Positions 50,356 through 63,118 are shown, numbered from the stretch's first letter. The stretch is DNA of 64,000 nucleotides from Octopus bimaculoides (GCF_001194135.2 NC_069003.1:36562548-36626547), one strand, 5' to 3'. The notes: generated from the letters alone by a model not told the origin. Made by a program: numbers and translations.

Positions 50356-53034
50356 TGTACACTGCATTACATCTGAGACTAACCCTTAACATTTATAGGA
50401 TCTACGTTTATCTAATTGTAAATAGATGCTGTCTGATAGGAATTGATAAATGCTTCTTTAGCTTCGAAAGGTGAGTTCAACTCGACTCGTGGGTATTCTT
50501 AGGGGGTGAGCATCGTCTGTGCGAAAGTGATTTTCTCCAGATATTGGTACATGTAAACGGATCACAAATTTTGTCTCTTTGCCACTCAGTATATTTGGCA
50601 CAAAGCATCACATTTCTTATGTAAACACACAAACTGCCGAGCTGTATGTACTCTATGTACCAGGCTTGTACACGATGTCTTTTGTGTTAGACTAGGACAT
50701 TCAAAAAGGAACGAAGAAAGAAAAAAAATTAATCTACGTATTTGCATTACAGATTGTTAATTTACTCTTAAAATTCTTTATAAAATTAAACCAACAGCTT
50801 CTTGTTTGAAAGAAGAATATGGGTGAGCAGTAATTGAACGGACCTCTATCATATTCAGACCAAATATTTAATAACACATTTTTAAAATCTTCACTGTGTC
50901 ACATTAAATATTGAAGTAAATTTAAATGTGCCTTGGGCGTGTAATAAACAAAATAGTTGCAACACAAGTTACTACAGAGCGAGTAACACGTGTGGTGGTG
51001 GATCCACTCTGCAGATAGTAACACCATCTACATCCACCCTTACATAACAGATTATTTTAAGAAAAAGATATAAAATTGTGCCTTTGTTACCTTCCACAAC
51101 AGCATGAAGATAAAGAGAAATGGTTAGGACCTAGAATTGAAAATCAGCATGCTGTGAACTTTATCTTTTCATAAATGGAAAAAACATTAAAAACTGCGCA
51201 GACCAAATTTCAGTTCTCAGCAAGAACTGCTCTGCGGGCGTCCTTAATATTTATTCTAAAAATAAAAATAAAAACCCCCCAAAAACATGAATATCATTGC
51301 TGCTTTCGAAACTTCTTACTTATTCAAGAAATTCATTAATGCACCTTGTGTTAGATTTTAATTTACTACGAGATATACTGTATGTTGTTGTTGTTGAGAC
51401 CCAGAACAATCCTGATGGAGAAAATCTACGATCAAAGGCATTCTAGCCGTGCCCAAACATCCAGACATACGTATGAGGACTGCATTATTTAATATATAAT
51501 TCCTCATTTAAAACAGTGCGTGTGTGATTTGAGGAGAACCTGGCTGCTATTTCTAATAGGTTGGAGCGATCACGTCGACTCGTGTATTTGTGAGTGTGTG
51601 TTCGATGAAATAACTATAGACAGGCTTCAAACACTGACAGGCCTCACTTAATAGACAGAACAACTGACAGAACGAAAACATGTAAAGTTAAAATAAACAA
51701 ACATCTTCGGAAAATATCCCAACTTTGGAGAAAAAGAAATTAAAATCTAACGTAAAACTAATTTTCGCTGAGTGAATGAAAAAAAAATCTGTAAAAACCA
51801 ACTTTAGTGTGGCGAAAAACAAACAAGAAAATACGTGAACGTTGTAAATGTAAAGAACATGTTCTGAGAGAATAAACAAATAAAAATCAATAAATCTACA
51901 TAGATATAATAACATATATAAAGATGTGATGAAAATATATAAAATACATCCATACAAAACCCTATCAAATTTACTAATAAATATCTTTACTTACTGTGTC
52001 GTTAAAGTTAAATCCATCCGGTCACAGTGTCGGTTATTACTCCAGACCACACACAGGTAGGAAGGACAAGTAAAACTATTCACCAATGTATTTCAGTAGA
52101 AATGAACTTTTATAAGGGTTTCCAACGCTAAAATTAGTAAAGAACTCTTTGAAAAAGTTATACTCATGAGTCAATAAACTGCCGAGTGCTTATCTATGTA
52201 AGTGAGAAGGTTTTTCTGATCGTCATCGGTGTGGGCCCCCGTTAAACCTGACCCGCAACATCACAGCCGCCCGACACTAACTTTTCTCCTTTCAGGGCAA
52301 CGTTGAATTCTAAGACACAACTAGTTACCTCCCCTGAAAGCAATTAACTCCAAATGCAATTAACTTTGAATTCTTCACTTCTCCAACATTTTCCCTGACA
52401 GAACGGCTCCACAATGACTGCGTTGTAATTTATTTTCCTTTATAAATATAATTGTAGATTTATAAATTTTCATTTCATCTCATAATTGCATTAAGAAAGA
52501 GAAACTGAAAAAGTTAATGACGCTAATTTTTATAATTTCAGATGTTTCTAAAGTTAATTTTCATATAATTTCGTTATTTCTCCATATTTACACTGACGGT
52601 AGAGGACCACAGTAACTTCGTTCATTAATTTTTGTTCAATAAAATATTAAATTTACAAATCTTCATTTTATCCCAGAGTTACATTAAAAAAGAGCAGCTG
52701 AACGAGTTGGTGACGCTAACTTTTTACAAGTCTCGATTCGATCGACCCGGCAATAAATCTCCCCCAGACACATTCCACTCAGACATGCATAATAATTCAC
52801 GGAAATATTGGTTGCTGATGAATAAACGTAAAGCTGAATATTTAGATGTGAGTGCATGGCTTATTGTGACGGTTCTATTCCATTGGAACATTAAATGTGA
52901 ACGCGTGTGGAGAGGGATACCGTAACGACGACACGCTCTTGCCTGACCGGTCGATTTCAAAAGAAAAAACAAAACAAAAAAAAATATGAAGGGATCAACT
53001 CAGAACATTTAATATCTTTCCCCTTTCGTGAAAC

Positions 53035-53280
53035 CCCACCACCACCACCACCACCACCACCACCACCCTAACTTTTTGTTTTTAAATGTTAAAACAAACA
53101 AACGCACGCACGCGCACACACACACACACACGTACACACACGCTAATACAAACGCACACACATACACACACATACACACAAGCATGCTTACATATATATG
53201 CGCGCACACGCACACAAATAGACACATTCACAAACGTACGAATACCTACGCAAACACACGTACACACATATATGTTCATA
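53035..53280. repeat. (CAC)n and (CA)n-rich tract upstream of tRNA
   Basis: Direct reading. Confidence 0.9.
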
Positions 53281-53303
53281 TCTATTATGCACTGCACGCA
53301 GGA

Positions 53304-53387
53304 GTCAGGATGGCCGAGCGGTCTAAGGCGCTGCGTTCAGGTCGCAGTCGGGTCTTCCCGGCGTGGGTTCGAATCCCACTTCTGACA
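53304..53387 (+). tRNA. tRNA-Leu-CAG: tRNA-Leu (anticodon CAG), intronless, long variable arm
   Basis: GTCAGGATGGCCGAGCGGTCTAAGGCGCTGCGTTCAGGTCGCAGTCGGGTCTTCCCGGCGTGGGTTCGAATCCCACTTCTGACA. Acceptor stem GTCAGGA/TTCTGAC, anticodon stem CTGCG/CGCAG, variable arm CGGG-TCTT-CCCG, intact A and B boxes. Confidence 0.96.
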
Positions 53388-53393
53388 AGCTTA

Positions 53394-53403
53394 TTTTTCT
53401 TTT
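53394..53403 (+). terminator. Pol III oligo-T terminator of tRNA-Leu
   Basis: TTTTT begins 7 nt after the tRNA 3' end and is followed by a further T4 run. Confidence 0.75.
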
Positions 53404-53554
53404 ATTTGTATTGCCAAGAAGCTTGTTTTGCAAACGTGGTTTCGTGTTCATTCTCAGTGCGCGGCTGATCAAATCTTTGTGAAGAAATTTCGGAGAAACT
53501 TTCTGAAAGCCCGTTCTATATACATATATGAGTGTGTGTGCACGCACTTACAAT

Positions 53555-53640
53555 TGGAACAGAATTGACGCTGGCAGCCAAACTGACCAGAGCCCCGCAG
53601 AGGTCGACTTTGCCTTTCATCTTTTGAGGGTCGATAAATG
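53555..53640 (+). mobile_element. SINE family B, truncated
   Basis: cgcagaggtcgactttgcctttcatcttttgagggtcgataaa. Confidence 0.7.
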
Positions 53641-53669
53641 CCTCTACTCTGACCAGTTCTGATGAATAT

Positions 53670-54545
53670 AAAACAACTCAGTCGTACTCAGGAAAATTTC
53701 CAAGTCCGACAAAGTCATTCTACTGAAGGATTTCAGTTCCAGGGTCGGAACAGGGCATAGAAAATATGAATAGCAATGATCTCATGCACAAAAGTGATCA
53801 CACAACATGGATGCACCCGGGGTCAAAAGTTTGGCATTGTTGGATTATATTATCATTCTGATATCTATGATATTTGTAATGCCAAATCTTCTCATGGATC
53901 GGAGTGTTTGACAGACCATTGCTTGGCGCGAGTAAAATTCCGAATAATAATTAGAGAGAAAAGAGCCAGCTGGGATTTCTCGGCGCCTAAATGTCGGTAA
54001 GATATATGATCCCTACTGTGAGGGAAGAGCTACTGAATCGTTTATCCAGCATCGAAGATAATACAACCTGAGAGAAGGTTCGAGACTAGAGTTTCCAATG
54101 CGTTACTGAAACACTGAGATATGCTGCAATTAGTCATAAGGGCTGGTTTGACGAAAATGATAGAGATTTCTGCCTGCAAAGTGCAATGCCCACAGCGTAT
54201 TACTGCAAGGAGGACTATCAGTCGTGCAGCAGAAACTCCCATTCTCCCATTATAAAAATATAAAATCTTTATTGCAGCGATTACTTAGGAAGATGCGGAA
54301 CACCTGATGGGGAAGCTTTGCTTGTGATACTCAAGCTGATGTCGATGCAAGTGACAGCCAGAAGCTCTATCATCTTATGAAGCAAGCTTATCGGCCAAAG
54401 AGTTCTGCATAGATTGCTTTGCTTTCCAAGATGGGCGCCACCTTAATTATTAAATCAACAGAAATCACAGGTGACCGCATTGAACATTTTTCTGAACTTC
54501 TAAACCGTGAAGCGATTGTGGATGACGCAGTAATTGACACTAGTC
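53670..54545 (+). mobile_element. RTE/BovB-like LINE fragment: endonuclease and linker
   Basis: Frameshifted motifs SKSDKVILLKDFSSRVG, TWMHPGSKVWH, GSECLTDHCLARVK, HKGWFDEND, IEHFSELLNR. Confidence 0.8.
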
Positions 54546-54547
54546 TG

Positions 54548-54740
54548 ACATACATACATGCATACATACATACATACATACATACATACATACATCTGTG
54601 TGTACGTATATACACACATACATATATATGTACAACCATGCAAACATAAATCTATATGTATATATAAGTACGCATGTATGATGTGTACATATGTATATGT
54701 GTATGTGTGAGTGTGTGTGTATACAAACATACATACATAC

Positions 54741-54788
<48 letters not shown>

Positions 54789-54805
54789 ATATGTATATGT
54801 ATATA
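54548..54805. repeat. (CATA)n/(TG)n compound microsatellite
   Basis: Direct reading. Confidence 0.9.
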
Positions 54806-55231
54806 CGCGCGTGATATAGAATTAGTTTCATTTAAGCGATTTAAGAATTTCTTAACATTCCATTTCTTTTGACTAGGCACGATGTTATTTTTGTGGAGAA
54901 GAGGATATCCCCTCTCAACGGAATGGTTCGCAAAGGGAGCAGCAGACTTTGGTACCAAATGATAGACCGAGGATAATGAAACCAGTTGATGGCGAGATAA
55001 GAATGTCGCCAGAGAATTTCAAAGTCAAGTTTTGTTTTATTTTTTTTTTTACGACAGAATTAATCCCTCGACTAAAAAAGTATCAGGGTATCGATATCAA
55101 ACATTCATTGTAGATTATTAGAAATTACAGTAGGAAATACGATATATGCAACATATATAATTTAAACTCTGTATGTGTGTGTGTATATATACAGATGCAT
55201 ACAGACATACACGTACACACATACACATGTT

Positions 55232-55302
55232 ATAGGTGTAGGAGTGGCTGTGTGGTAAAAAGTTTGCTTCCCAACCATGTAGTTACGGGTTCAGTCCCTC
55301 TG
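55232..55302 (+). mobile_element. SINE family A, head only
   Basis: taggtgtaggagtggctgtgtggtaaaa...gggttcagtccc. Confidence 0.7.
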
Positions 55303-55499
55303 TATTTTCTTCATAAATTTTGGTATTTTTTTCATAAACTAGGGGATGGCTACTGATATTAAGCTTAAGGATTATATAATGTACAAGTATAAAGAAAGAA
55401 TTAAAGAAAAAAAGGACTCTTTATATTGAATGTTATCGAGTGGAAATAGGGGGTGCTGCAGTTCCGCAGTGCCTATACACGAGCCGCCACTGCTCCATT

Positions 55500-55740
55500 C
55501 ACTCCGCTGGTATTTTCAGGCAGCTCACCCAAGTTCAGCATGGAAAATGCATCTTTCTTTAAAAATATCCATTCCTTTCTTTACTTGTTCCCTCAAATTG
55601 GTGGCGATAACAAGCATTGCTTTCCTAATTGACCTTCCATATATTACATGCCTTCAATAAGGACTTCATAGAGTCCTTAAGCTGTTGTCTTGGTTTCTGC
55701 TGGGAATTTTCGACAAACAAGTTCCCCGTATCCGAAGGTG
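55500..55740 (-). mobile_element. RTE/BovB-like LINE 3' end
   Basis: Minus strand YGELV...PRQQLKDSMKSLLKACNI matches the BovB C-terminal pattern. Confidence 0.65.
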
Positions 55741-55744
55741 GTGG

Positions 55745-56385
55745 TGGAGGGGCTGAAAAGTTCATTGGCTGATTATGAAGGACTTATGTTAAAGCTGTGA
55801 AATCTTGCAAGCATTAGTTTCAACCCTTCTTATTAATAACTGCATTGTTTCTTTCTAGGTAAACTGACATCTGACTGCTTAAAGAAGATTTCAAAAGTAA
55901 CGAGTAGCGGCTTCTCTTCAAAATGGATAAAATTTGGCATCGTGCTGTTATCAAGTACCTGCTGAAAAAAGGGTTTAGCCCCAAAGACATTCATGTTGAC
56001 ATGGTTGTTACATTAAGGGATTGCACTCCAGCTTTATCAACAGTATAAAATTGGGCAGTTCAATTTGAGAAAGGAAGGGAGAGTCTTGAAGATGACCAAA
56101 GGTGTTGATGTCCTGCAACTGTCACCGCCGAGGAAAACATTGATCGTGTTCGCCACATGGTGATGGATGATAGGTTATTGACTATAAATCAAACAGCCAA
56201 TGCTATTAGCGTATCCTGTGAGAGAGGTGAGAATATTCTGCGCAATGAACTTGGCATGACGAAGTTTTCTGTTCAGTGGGGGTCACGTCTTCTGACTCTT
56301 GGTCAGAAGCGCACTAGGTTGATCACATCATGGGAAAATCTGACATTGTTTGAGGCGGATTTCCTTGAACATTTCCTAAACCAGA
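55745..56385 (+). mobile_element. Mariner transposon fossil, 5' half
   Basis: TIR-like gaggggctgaaaagttc; ATG 55923 MDKIWHRAVIKYLLKKGFSPKDIH...GRESLEDD...RLLTINQTANAISVS...ILRNELGMTK (HTH regions) with two in-frame stops. Confidence 0.88.
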
Positions 56386-56419
56386 AACGTTGCTTGGTTG
56401 CCAAGCATATGTTGTACAC

Positions 56420-57100
56420 AGAACTGGAGACTTACCGAACGGGTTCCCCCAAGGACCCGTCTTCTCGCTCACTGTTTTCAGTCTTTACCAACACAAACTT
56501 GTCACAACACTACAAAACGTACATATTGACTCATACATCGATGATATCACATTCCTATTCTCTCACTGTTGCGGTAATAACTCTTCCAACTTTATTTTAA
56601 ATCACTCGAAAACTTTTTCCCACAACAATAAATGCACCAAATTCTCAGCCAGTCTTCCTTCGAACCACCAGACGATATGAAATACAAGTAAAAATTACAC
56701 TCATACACCATTACTCATAAACATAATACATACATACACGCACGCACGCACACGCACATACACACACAATACATCATAGAAGTCGACGTATTAAAGAAAG
56801 CCAGGTCATATTCGATTACTCACCGTTACGACGACATTTGAGCAACAGGAATCAACGACTACAATGCCATACAAAACAATGCATTAGATTTATTATGAAA
56901 CTACGTCAGTCCTGGCTTGGGCTTTTTTTTCTTTCTGTATGATAAACTGTAATAAACGACAGCTTACACAAAACACTGAACCACACATCCACCCAAACAG
57001 GTTTCACATAGATTACACCTACAGACCGCCTACACAACGAAACAGAAAAAACTAGAAACCAAAGACCGTCTGGATTATGCCAGGGACATGGTGTGTTGTT
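56420..57100 (+). mobile_element. I/Jockey-type LINE reverse transcriptase fragment
   Basis: GFPQGPVFSLTVFSLY...SYIDDITFLFS corresponds to GVPQGSVLSP and YADD motifs; decays downstream. Confidence 0.7.
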
Positions 57101-57344
57101 GAAGCATATTTCAATACTTTATTGTGTTTATGTAATTTTCAAGTTCCTCTCATTATATGAAAAGTTATCTCCAAATACCCAAACGCCTACCTGTACTACA
57201 TCGCCAGAACACTTTCTCGGTCACCCAATTTGGACTAACATTAAAGAAAATACATTAACACAAAGTAGATGTTACATCGATAGCCCCAAACATTATGCTA
57301 GGAGGCAATCCCTATCACCTTCGGCTGCCGCCGCCACATTTGGT

Positions 57345-57844
57345 AATAATAATGGTTTCAAATTTTAGCACAAGGCCAGCAAGTTTGGGGGAAGCAGGTA
57401 AGTCGATTTACAGCGACCCCTCAGTGATCAACTGGTACTATTTTATCGACCCCGGAAGGATGAAAAGCAAAGTCGACCTTGGCGGAATTTGAACTCAGAA
57501 CATAAAGTCGGACGAAATACTGCAAAGCCTTTTGTCCGCCGTGCTAACGATTCTGCCAGTTCGCGGCTTTCATAATAATTAATAATGGTTTCACATTTTA
57601 GCACGAGGCCAGCAATTTCGGAGGAGGGGTAAGTCGGTTACATTGACCCCAGTACTCAACTGGTACTTATATTTATTGACCATCGAAAGGATGAGAGGCA
57701 AAGTCGACCTCCGCGGAATTTGAACTTAGAACGTCAAGTCGGACGAAAATGCCCTTCGCGAACATAGGAAGATGGTGGGGCGATCTTCACGACGGAGTTG
57801 GCTGACACCCGTATTTCAAATTTCAGCACAAGACCAGCAATTTT

Positions 57845-57893
<49 letters not shown>

Positions 57894-57985
57894 GTCACTT
57901 ACATCGTTCCCAAAATGACGAAAGGCAAAGTCGACATCGGTGGTAGTTGAACTCATGACGTAGTGAAGCGGAAGAAATGCAGTAA
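57345..57985 (-). mobile_element. Three tandem SINE family B copies with CpGs largely intact
   Basis: Copies at ~57345-57570, ~57580-57745 and ~57815-57985 (the last interrupted by (GA)n). The first two are preceded by taataataatggtttca; the third has only atttcaaattt. Confidence 0.85.
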
Positions 57986-57994
57986 TTGCCGCGC

Positions 57995-58440
57995 TTTGAC
58001 TGAGTTCCCATCACCCCGTCTTCACTGCGACCCCTACCCAGATTAAGGGATGCACAGAAATAGACTGGACAGTGAAGTGAATGCAACATACCCAGACTGT
58101 CATGCTGCAATCCCATAATCCATTACTACATGTCAACCTGGTCCTCGGGTGTAACTGGATCTATGCGTCGGGTGATTATCGGACTAGTTGGATGAGAGCT
58201 GACTTGTGACGTCACAACAATCAGGTATAACAGACTGGTGAATGGTAAAGGTAGAACATATGCGGCCTCTGGCTATACAGCCCCGACCCCAAACACAACC
58301 AGCGCCAAGTTGGAATGTGCAGTAATGCCACTCAGATTGGCATTTCTGGAACAATGGAACCGTGAGTGGCTCCTTAAATGTGAAAATGGTTTGAGTACCA
58401 CAGACCAGGATCTACCATGACAAAACATTGATAAAGTTAG
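57995..58440 (+). mobile_element. Possible LTR-retrotransposon (Gypsy-like) protease remnant
   Basis: IKGCTEIDWTV*...LHVNLVLGCNWI resembles the ILG-DWL end of retropepsin domains; there are stops and no catalytic DTG is seen. Confidence 0.3.
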
Positions 58441-59938
58441 CGAAAACTCAAGTTTAATTAATCAGCAGAGAAGAGACAAAGTAGATAAAACGCACGAAGA
58501 CACAAACTGCTTTTGTCTGCGTGAGGAGAGCAATGGCGGTGGATATGTAATAAATAAATAAATAGATAAATAAAGTCATAAAAATGTGGTGAGCAGAACG
58601 GCGAAGGCTGTGGTGTAACCTGAAACTTGGGAGACACAAATATAAATATTGATTCGTAGCAGACACATTGCTTTAATGTCAAGCCGAATGGCAGCGCACA
58701 CAGCAGAGATAAGCTCGTAAATACCCCATCACACACACACACACACCGCAGGCCGGCCGGCTGGCTATAAATTACTTAAAAACGAAGACTGGAATGTGGC
58801 ATTTAACCCTAGAATTGTTCTCTCAGCAATAACAAGCCTTGAATCCTCTCTCCTCCCATCAGCAGTAGACTGGATACACTGGAACAAAAGAAATGCAAAG
58901 CCGGGTTCTTAAAACTTCCCATTCAACTCCTCTTTGCATAACACCAGACGCAATTATGACATAAGACGTTCAAACCGAGTGATTTTGCGCTGCGAGCGTG
59001 TAATCGGAACCTTTGAAAACAACAGCAACAATAACAAAAATCATTTAATTCCTGAATATTTTAAATTGGTGAAAACAATTTCTTCTCTTCTCTTACAAGG
59101 AGAAGAAATGAAATAAAATTCATGTTTCTTCTCTTCGAGAAGACGAAATTTATATTCAGCAAAAAACAGTTTTAACTTTAACCGAAGCTAATATCTGTAA
59201 AATTCTTCTTAAATCTAAAATGCAGACTCTAATCACCTCGGCAATTAATTTCCTGTCTAGCATGCGTGATTTCGGAGAAGAAAAATAAAAGTATGTTTTA
59301 AAAAATCAAAGAAGTTAGAAGCGAAAATTGCTGGCCCACTGAATAACAGCTATTTTGTGACGAAGCCATCAAGGAGACAAGTGTTCTCCTTCACCTTAAA
59401 CATTACTAATTTTGGAAGGCTGCCAGCAGCTGAAAATTCTATGAATTGTCGAAAGAGTGCTATCATATTCCCACGCTCCAATAACTGTCGCTTATCTCCA
59501 GCTAGTGTCGTCGTCGCTATCGTTTTCTTTGTCTTGTCTATTCCTGCCCAACTACACAGCTCCCTCCTCCCACATAACTATCTATCTATCTATCAATCTA
59601 TCTATCTGCCAGTCTTAAAATATATGCTTCGAAAATGGATTCTTTTAAATTCTTATGCTTATTATTATTATTATTATTATTAATTCATTTGCTTTGCCTC
59701 CGTAATAAAGGTTCCACATAAAATGCAATGATTTCTTTCAGTTAGGACATGAAGACGTTTTGTAAAAAGGATTTAATTTTTTTCGGAATGATTAAATGGC
59801 CCCATTGTCTTAAGGGCAGTTGTGTTATCCCTATCGAAAGGAATAATTGAAAAATAATAAATGAATAAGTAACATAAATAAAATACTACTCAATGAACAG
59901 TTTTTGTATCGTTAAAAATAGAAAATTAACGAAAAAAT

Positions 59939-60240
59939 CTGGGATTCCCAACGTTACCTGGGGTTTTAGACCGGAATGTTACCGATTTGTTAAACGAAAA
60001 TCAACAGAAAAGTTCCCCTTTTTTTTTGAGAAGCGGGCCGCATGAGACATGACTTTATCATCAGGCGGGTTGCATTATTAAAACAAATCCAAAGTAATTC
60101 TTCGCTAGGCATGCCATTCAGAAAGTCTCGCGGGCCGCACTTTGCTTAGGACTCGTTTATACTATTACGGAAACAATAGCTTTTATCTGTTACAGAATTT
60201 ATTTGCATTCCAATACCTCACCATAAAAGGATTTGACATG
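59939..60240. mobile_element. Possible hAT-type MITE remnant
   Basis: Starts ctgggattcccaac and has two GCGGGCCGCA subterminal-like motifs; no clear second TIR. Confidence 0.25.
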
Positions 60241-60539
60241 CGCGCGCGCATTCCTTCTCTTTTATTGTGTTTCTGTTATATACACAAATATGAATAGACA
60301 AACGCAAATTAGATGTCTATTCCATGATACGTATGGAGAACGTCCCTGATTACTTTGGCATGGCCACAGACTTAGGGTTGAAACATATAAAAGAAATGGG
60401 ATAAAATCGTTTCATTATTGATGCCATATTTTGTGATACACCAAAAAAAAAAAAAAAAAAAAATTGTTGGGGCAGCACAATCAATCGCTACTTTGATTTA
60501 GTTGATTTCCTCGATTTCTCGTCTGTTGAAGTGAACTCT

Positions 60540-61215
60540 TCAAGTTATTACGGAGAGTAGACTGTTCATCGAAGTTGCTATGTAAAATCTACGGCCATAC
60601 GAAAGAGGTCGTTAGTTTCGATGGCAACATATTCTTATCTTCGGCAGAGTCCGGCAACACCATGTGCTTGCTCCGACCCTCTTTCACATCTTATTTCTGA
60701 TTAACGATTCCAAGTCTTTTCTCCAATGTCATATACATTCACACCCGATATGACGATAAATTGTATAATATAGACTACTTCTGTGTCAAGACGAAAATAA
60801 TTCGTGTCCTTCTCAGAGAAATGCTATTTATAGACGATGCAGCTCTCGTTAGTTTTACATGACAGCCACTAATGCATCATGGATCAATTCTTAGAAGCAT
60901 GCACACAGTTTGCTCTAATCATTAGCATAAAGGAAAATTGCTGATGTATCTTAGGATACTGTCTACCCTCCTTTATTTCTGTTAACGAATCTACACTCAG
61001 AGAAAGAAAGAACTTTCGATATTCTGGCTTCAATCAAACCAACAACTTGTCGCTTGAAGTCGACTTTAATTCACAATTCAGAATCGTAGCTATTGTGATG
61101 GCTAAATTCTCCGACAGAGTTTGGAGAACAAAAACTTTACACTGAGCACATGAAATGAGGATTTATCAAACTTGTATCTTCAGCACTTTCCTATATGGTT
61201 GATGGGCGATCTACG
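60540..61215 (+). mobile_element. RTE/BovB-like LINE reverse transcriptase fragment
   Basis: HVLAPTLFHILF, TRYDDKLYNIDYFCVKTKIIRVLLREMLFIDDAALV (decayed FADD), MDQFLEACTQFALIISIK, RIYQTCIFSTFLYG. Confidence 0.82.
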
Positions 61216-62959
61216 TTAGATGTGAGTAAGCCTCTCAAAGGAGAGATATGAGGGAACGAAAATGAACTTTTCATTTTCTTCTATGGACAAAGGACGCTGA
61301 TGATGACAATGACCTGTAATAAGTAAAAATGACATTATACTTTCCGATAGAGAGAGAGAGAGGGAGAGAGAAAGAGATAGAGAGGGAGAGAGAGAAAGAG
61401 AGAGGTGTAGTTAAGTGTGGAGAGAAAAAGAATTTGATGGGCGTGAGTAGGATGAAGAAAAAGAAAGAGAGAAAGGAAACAGTGTTAATGGGTGAATGTA
61501 AAATATGTTGAAACGAAATATATATATACGGACTTCCTAATGATGGACGTAGGAAGGAAGGGAAGATGAAAAGAAGAAGTATTTAAATGGTAAGAAGGTT
61601 AAGAGAGAAGAGGCGGGTGTTGGGGNNNNNNNNNNNNNNGGGGGGGGGGGGGTTAGAAGCGTTTGTTAAAGTTAGAAATTCTTTCCGCAAAGAAATTCTC
61701 TCGGATTTTCGGAATACTTAAAAAAAAAGAATTTACAAATCAACCCGTGAGAAGAATGAAATTTCTCAACATATCTGTGTTTCATTTAATCTACTACGTT
61801 TGGAAGTCTTTCTTCTTGAATTCAGCAGATTAAATGAAAACATCACTAAGCTGATGAATTTATTTCGGCTCATGCCAGGCATAATTGAAAAGATCTCTGA
61901 TCAAACGCATTAACAATCGCCACTGTGCCATTTTTTTTTTCATTGTTAATGGAACAACCTTTCTTTATTTAAAACAGTAAGACGAAATTTCAGGAAATTC
62001 AACTGCTATTTCTAGCAGNNNNNNNNNNTGTTGGTTTGATGCAGTTTTTGGGTATTGTATAAATTACACAGGTGAGAACCTCCTAAATCTCTCTCCAGTT
62101 CTGACCTTTTAATCTTAACAAGTTAGAAAGTACTTCTTTACAAAGACAGTGAGAGAACTTGGGTGTCACCCGTGCAAGTATGGACCTGTTAGTTTGTAAC
62201 CTGCTTTCAAGTTTTAGGTATCTGTCGACACAATCAGACCGTGACATTCTCACGCTCCCCCACCCCACCCATTTCTTAATCCAGTAGAGTATGGATAATG
62301 TAACGGCAAGAAACAGGGAGGGGCTGGGCTGCACTGGTACTTGGCTATTAGTCATTTTCAGTGTAGATAGGTGTAAAGGGAAATGAAACACCTTGCCAAA
62401 GGACACGACACACAGCCCAGTCTAGGAATTTTAATGCATCATCTTATGATCAGGAGCCCAACACCATGGCCTTTACATTATGTGTCTCAACACACTCACA
62501 CATATATATGTTTGCTTTAATATATACTTTTGGTAAATAAAGAACAAGACCTTTTATGTAGGTATTCTATGGAGAGAATATTGCATCAATTGAGGTAGTC
62601 TCACAGAACACAGTACCATTGGCAGAAGAAAAACCAATTTAAAACCTAGTAGAGTTCCAAAATCATCAGAACGACACTAATGGGTTTTGCACTGAATTTG
62701 AGACATGATGAAAAGGAAACATGAATTTCATCGCCATCATTCAACGTCCATTTTTCTATGCTTGCATGGATGAGACAGAGTTTTTTGAGGTAGGTTTTAT
62801 GCAGCCGGATGCCCTACCTGTTGCCAACTCTCACCTGTTTTCAAATAAGATGATGTCTCCGCATAACCAGACAGGTTTTCCATAGATTATAAATGAACAT
62901 TGCTTATATGACAGTAATGCTCGTTTACAACCATTGTGTGATGTCAAAACACACGTGTG

Positions 62960-63118
62960 TGCGCATACGTGTATCAGGCTTTTTTCATCCAAATTCACTC
63001 ACTTTGGTCAGTCCGGGTGGGGGCTATAGCAAAGGACACTTGAACAAGGTGCCATGCAGCAAGGTTGAACCAGAGACCACATGGTTGAGAAGCCAGCTCC
63101 TCAACCACCCTGTCACAG
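62960..63118 (-). mobile_element. SINE family A, 5' part
   Basis: Family motifs in reverse. Confidence 0.65.
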
